Shown: in pieces, positions 63,592 to 64,000 of the stretch
Numbering within the stretch: position 1 is the stretch's first letter
Layout: every line of letters starts with the position of its first letter
From: Bacteroidota bacterium
GTDB taxonomy: Bacteria > Bacteroidota > Bacteroidia > JABEUT01
Assembly (NCBI GenBank): GCA_013288345.1
Contig: JABDCA010000010.1
Coordinates: 6,340 to 70,339 of the forward strand
Direction of reading: 5' to 3'
Length of the DNA stretch: 64,000 nt
Notes under the pieces: model-generated
The model's input: only the letters and a program-made list of their open reading frames with translations
What the model was told of the DNA's origin: nothing
Database searches by the model: none
Translations under genes and position numbers: made by a program

Positions 63592-63593
63592 TT

Positions 63594-63959
63594 TTATCTA
63601 GACAAAGACTCTTTTACTTTTCTTCCTGACTGAGGATCGAGCCACTTATATACAAGGAAATAATTTGGGTACATCATATCGTAACCTGCACATTCAAAAC
63701 TGACTTTAATTTCAGCGTTCTCTTTTATTATGTAAGTCAGGTTTATATTACGTACACCTTTTATCAATTGCGGGATTTTTCTTGAATTATATAGTGTATC
63801 TCCCGTACCATCAGGATAAGATACAATGATACTAACTGTCGCACCATTTAATGCTTGTGAGAGCTCCCAATAAATTTTCTCAACAAAAAGATACATCATT
63901 TTTTTATCTGGATTTTTAAAGGAGATTATATTGTTGAACTTTTCCTTTTTCTGTTCCAT
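63594..63959 (-). CDS. hypothetical protein (121 aa)
   Basis: ORF convergent with the ECF sigma gene (2-nt gap). No recognised motif. Close to the window edge. Confidence 0.4.
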   Translation of the reverse strand: MEQKKEKFNNIISFKNPDKKMMYLFVEKIYWELSQALNGATVSIIVSYPDGTGDTLYNSRKIPQLIKGVRNINLTYIIKENAEIKVSFECAGYDMMYPNYFLVYKWLDPQSGRKVKESLSR

Positions 63960-64000
63960 ATCACTTGCTTTAAATTGAAATGATCTTCTTTTAAACAGAA

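Overview
This window is a contiguous chromosomal segment from a Bacteroidota genome, probably Chitinophagia or Sphingobacteriia. Evidence for that placement: the gliding/T9SS genes gldH and sprA, a type-B CTD cargo gene, TAnnTTTG -7 promoter boxes about 20-45 nt upstream of many starts, and no Shine-Dalgarno sequences. I call 45 protein-coding genes (one truncated at the left edge and absent from the ORF track), one tRNA-Gln(UUG), four hairpin terminators, about 18 promoter motifs and several families of intergenic palindromic (REP-like) repeats. No rRNA, CRISPR array, IS element or transposase is visible.

Most genes are core housekeeping or envelope functions: ppsA, lysS, ribE, metF, scoA/scoB, PBP1A, rpsU, an LptD-like protein, an amidase, maeB, ruvA, sprA, pdxJ and mnmA.

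The best candidate for an undescribed system is an AT-rich single-gene island at 26654-29989 (-). It encodes a 1111-aa KAP-family P-loop NTPase with two TM helices inserted between Walker A and Walker B. It also carries an uncharacterised N-terminal extension of about 590 aa, part of which has a TIR/flavodoxin-like beta-alpha pattern. I interpret it as a possible membrane-associated defence or abortive-infection gene.

Other items worth a second look:
- A TIR-bounded 445-bp cassette carrying an Avd-like four-helix-bundle gene, inserted precisely between scoA and scoB.
- An ECF sigma/anti-sigma pair and a DUF2807-plus-beta-barrel gene that share an identical TGTAAC-N17-CGTC promoter motif.
- A TauE/SafE gene whose conserved N-terminus has no canonical start codon (possible ATT start).
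- A 1719-aa SprB-repeat type-B CTD protein directly downstream of sprA with no adjacent sprF/porP.

All product calls come from motif and family recognition by eye. No HMM or database search was run.
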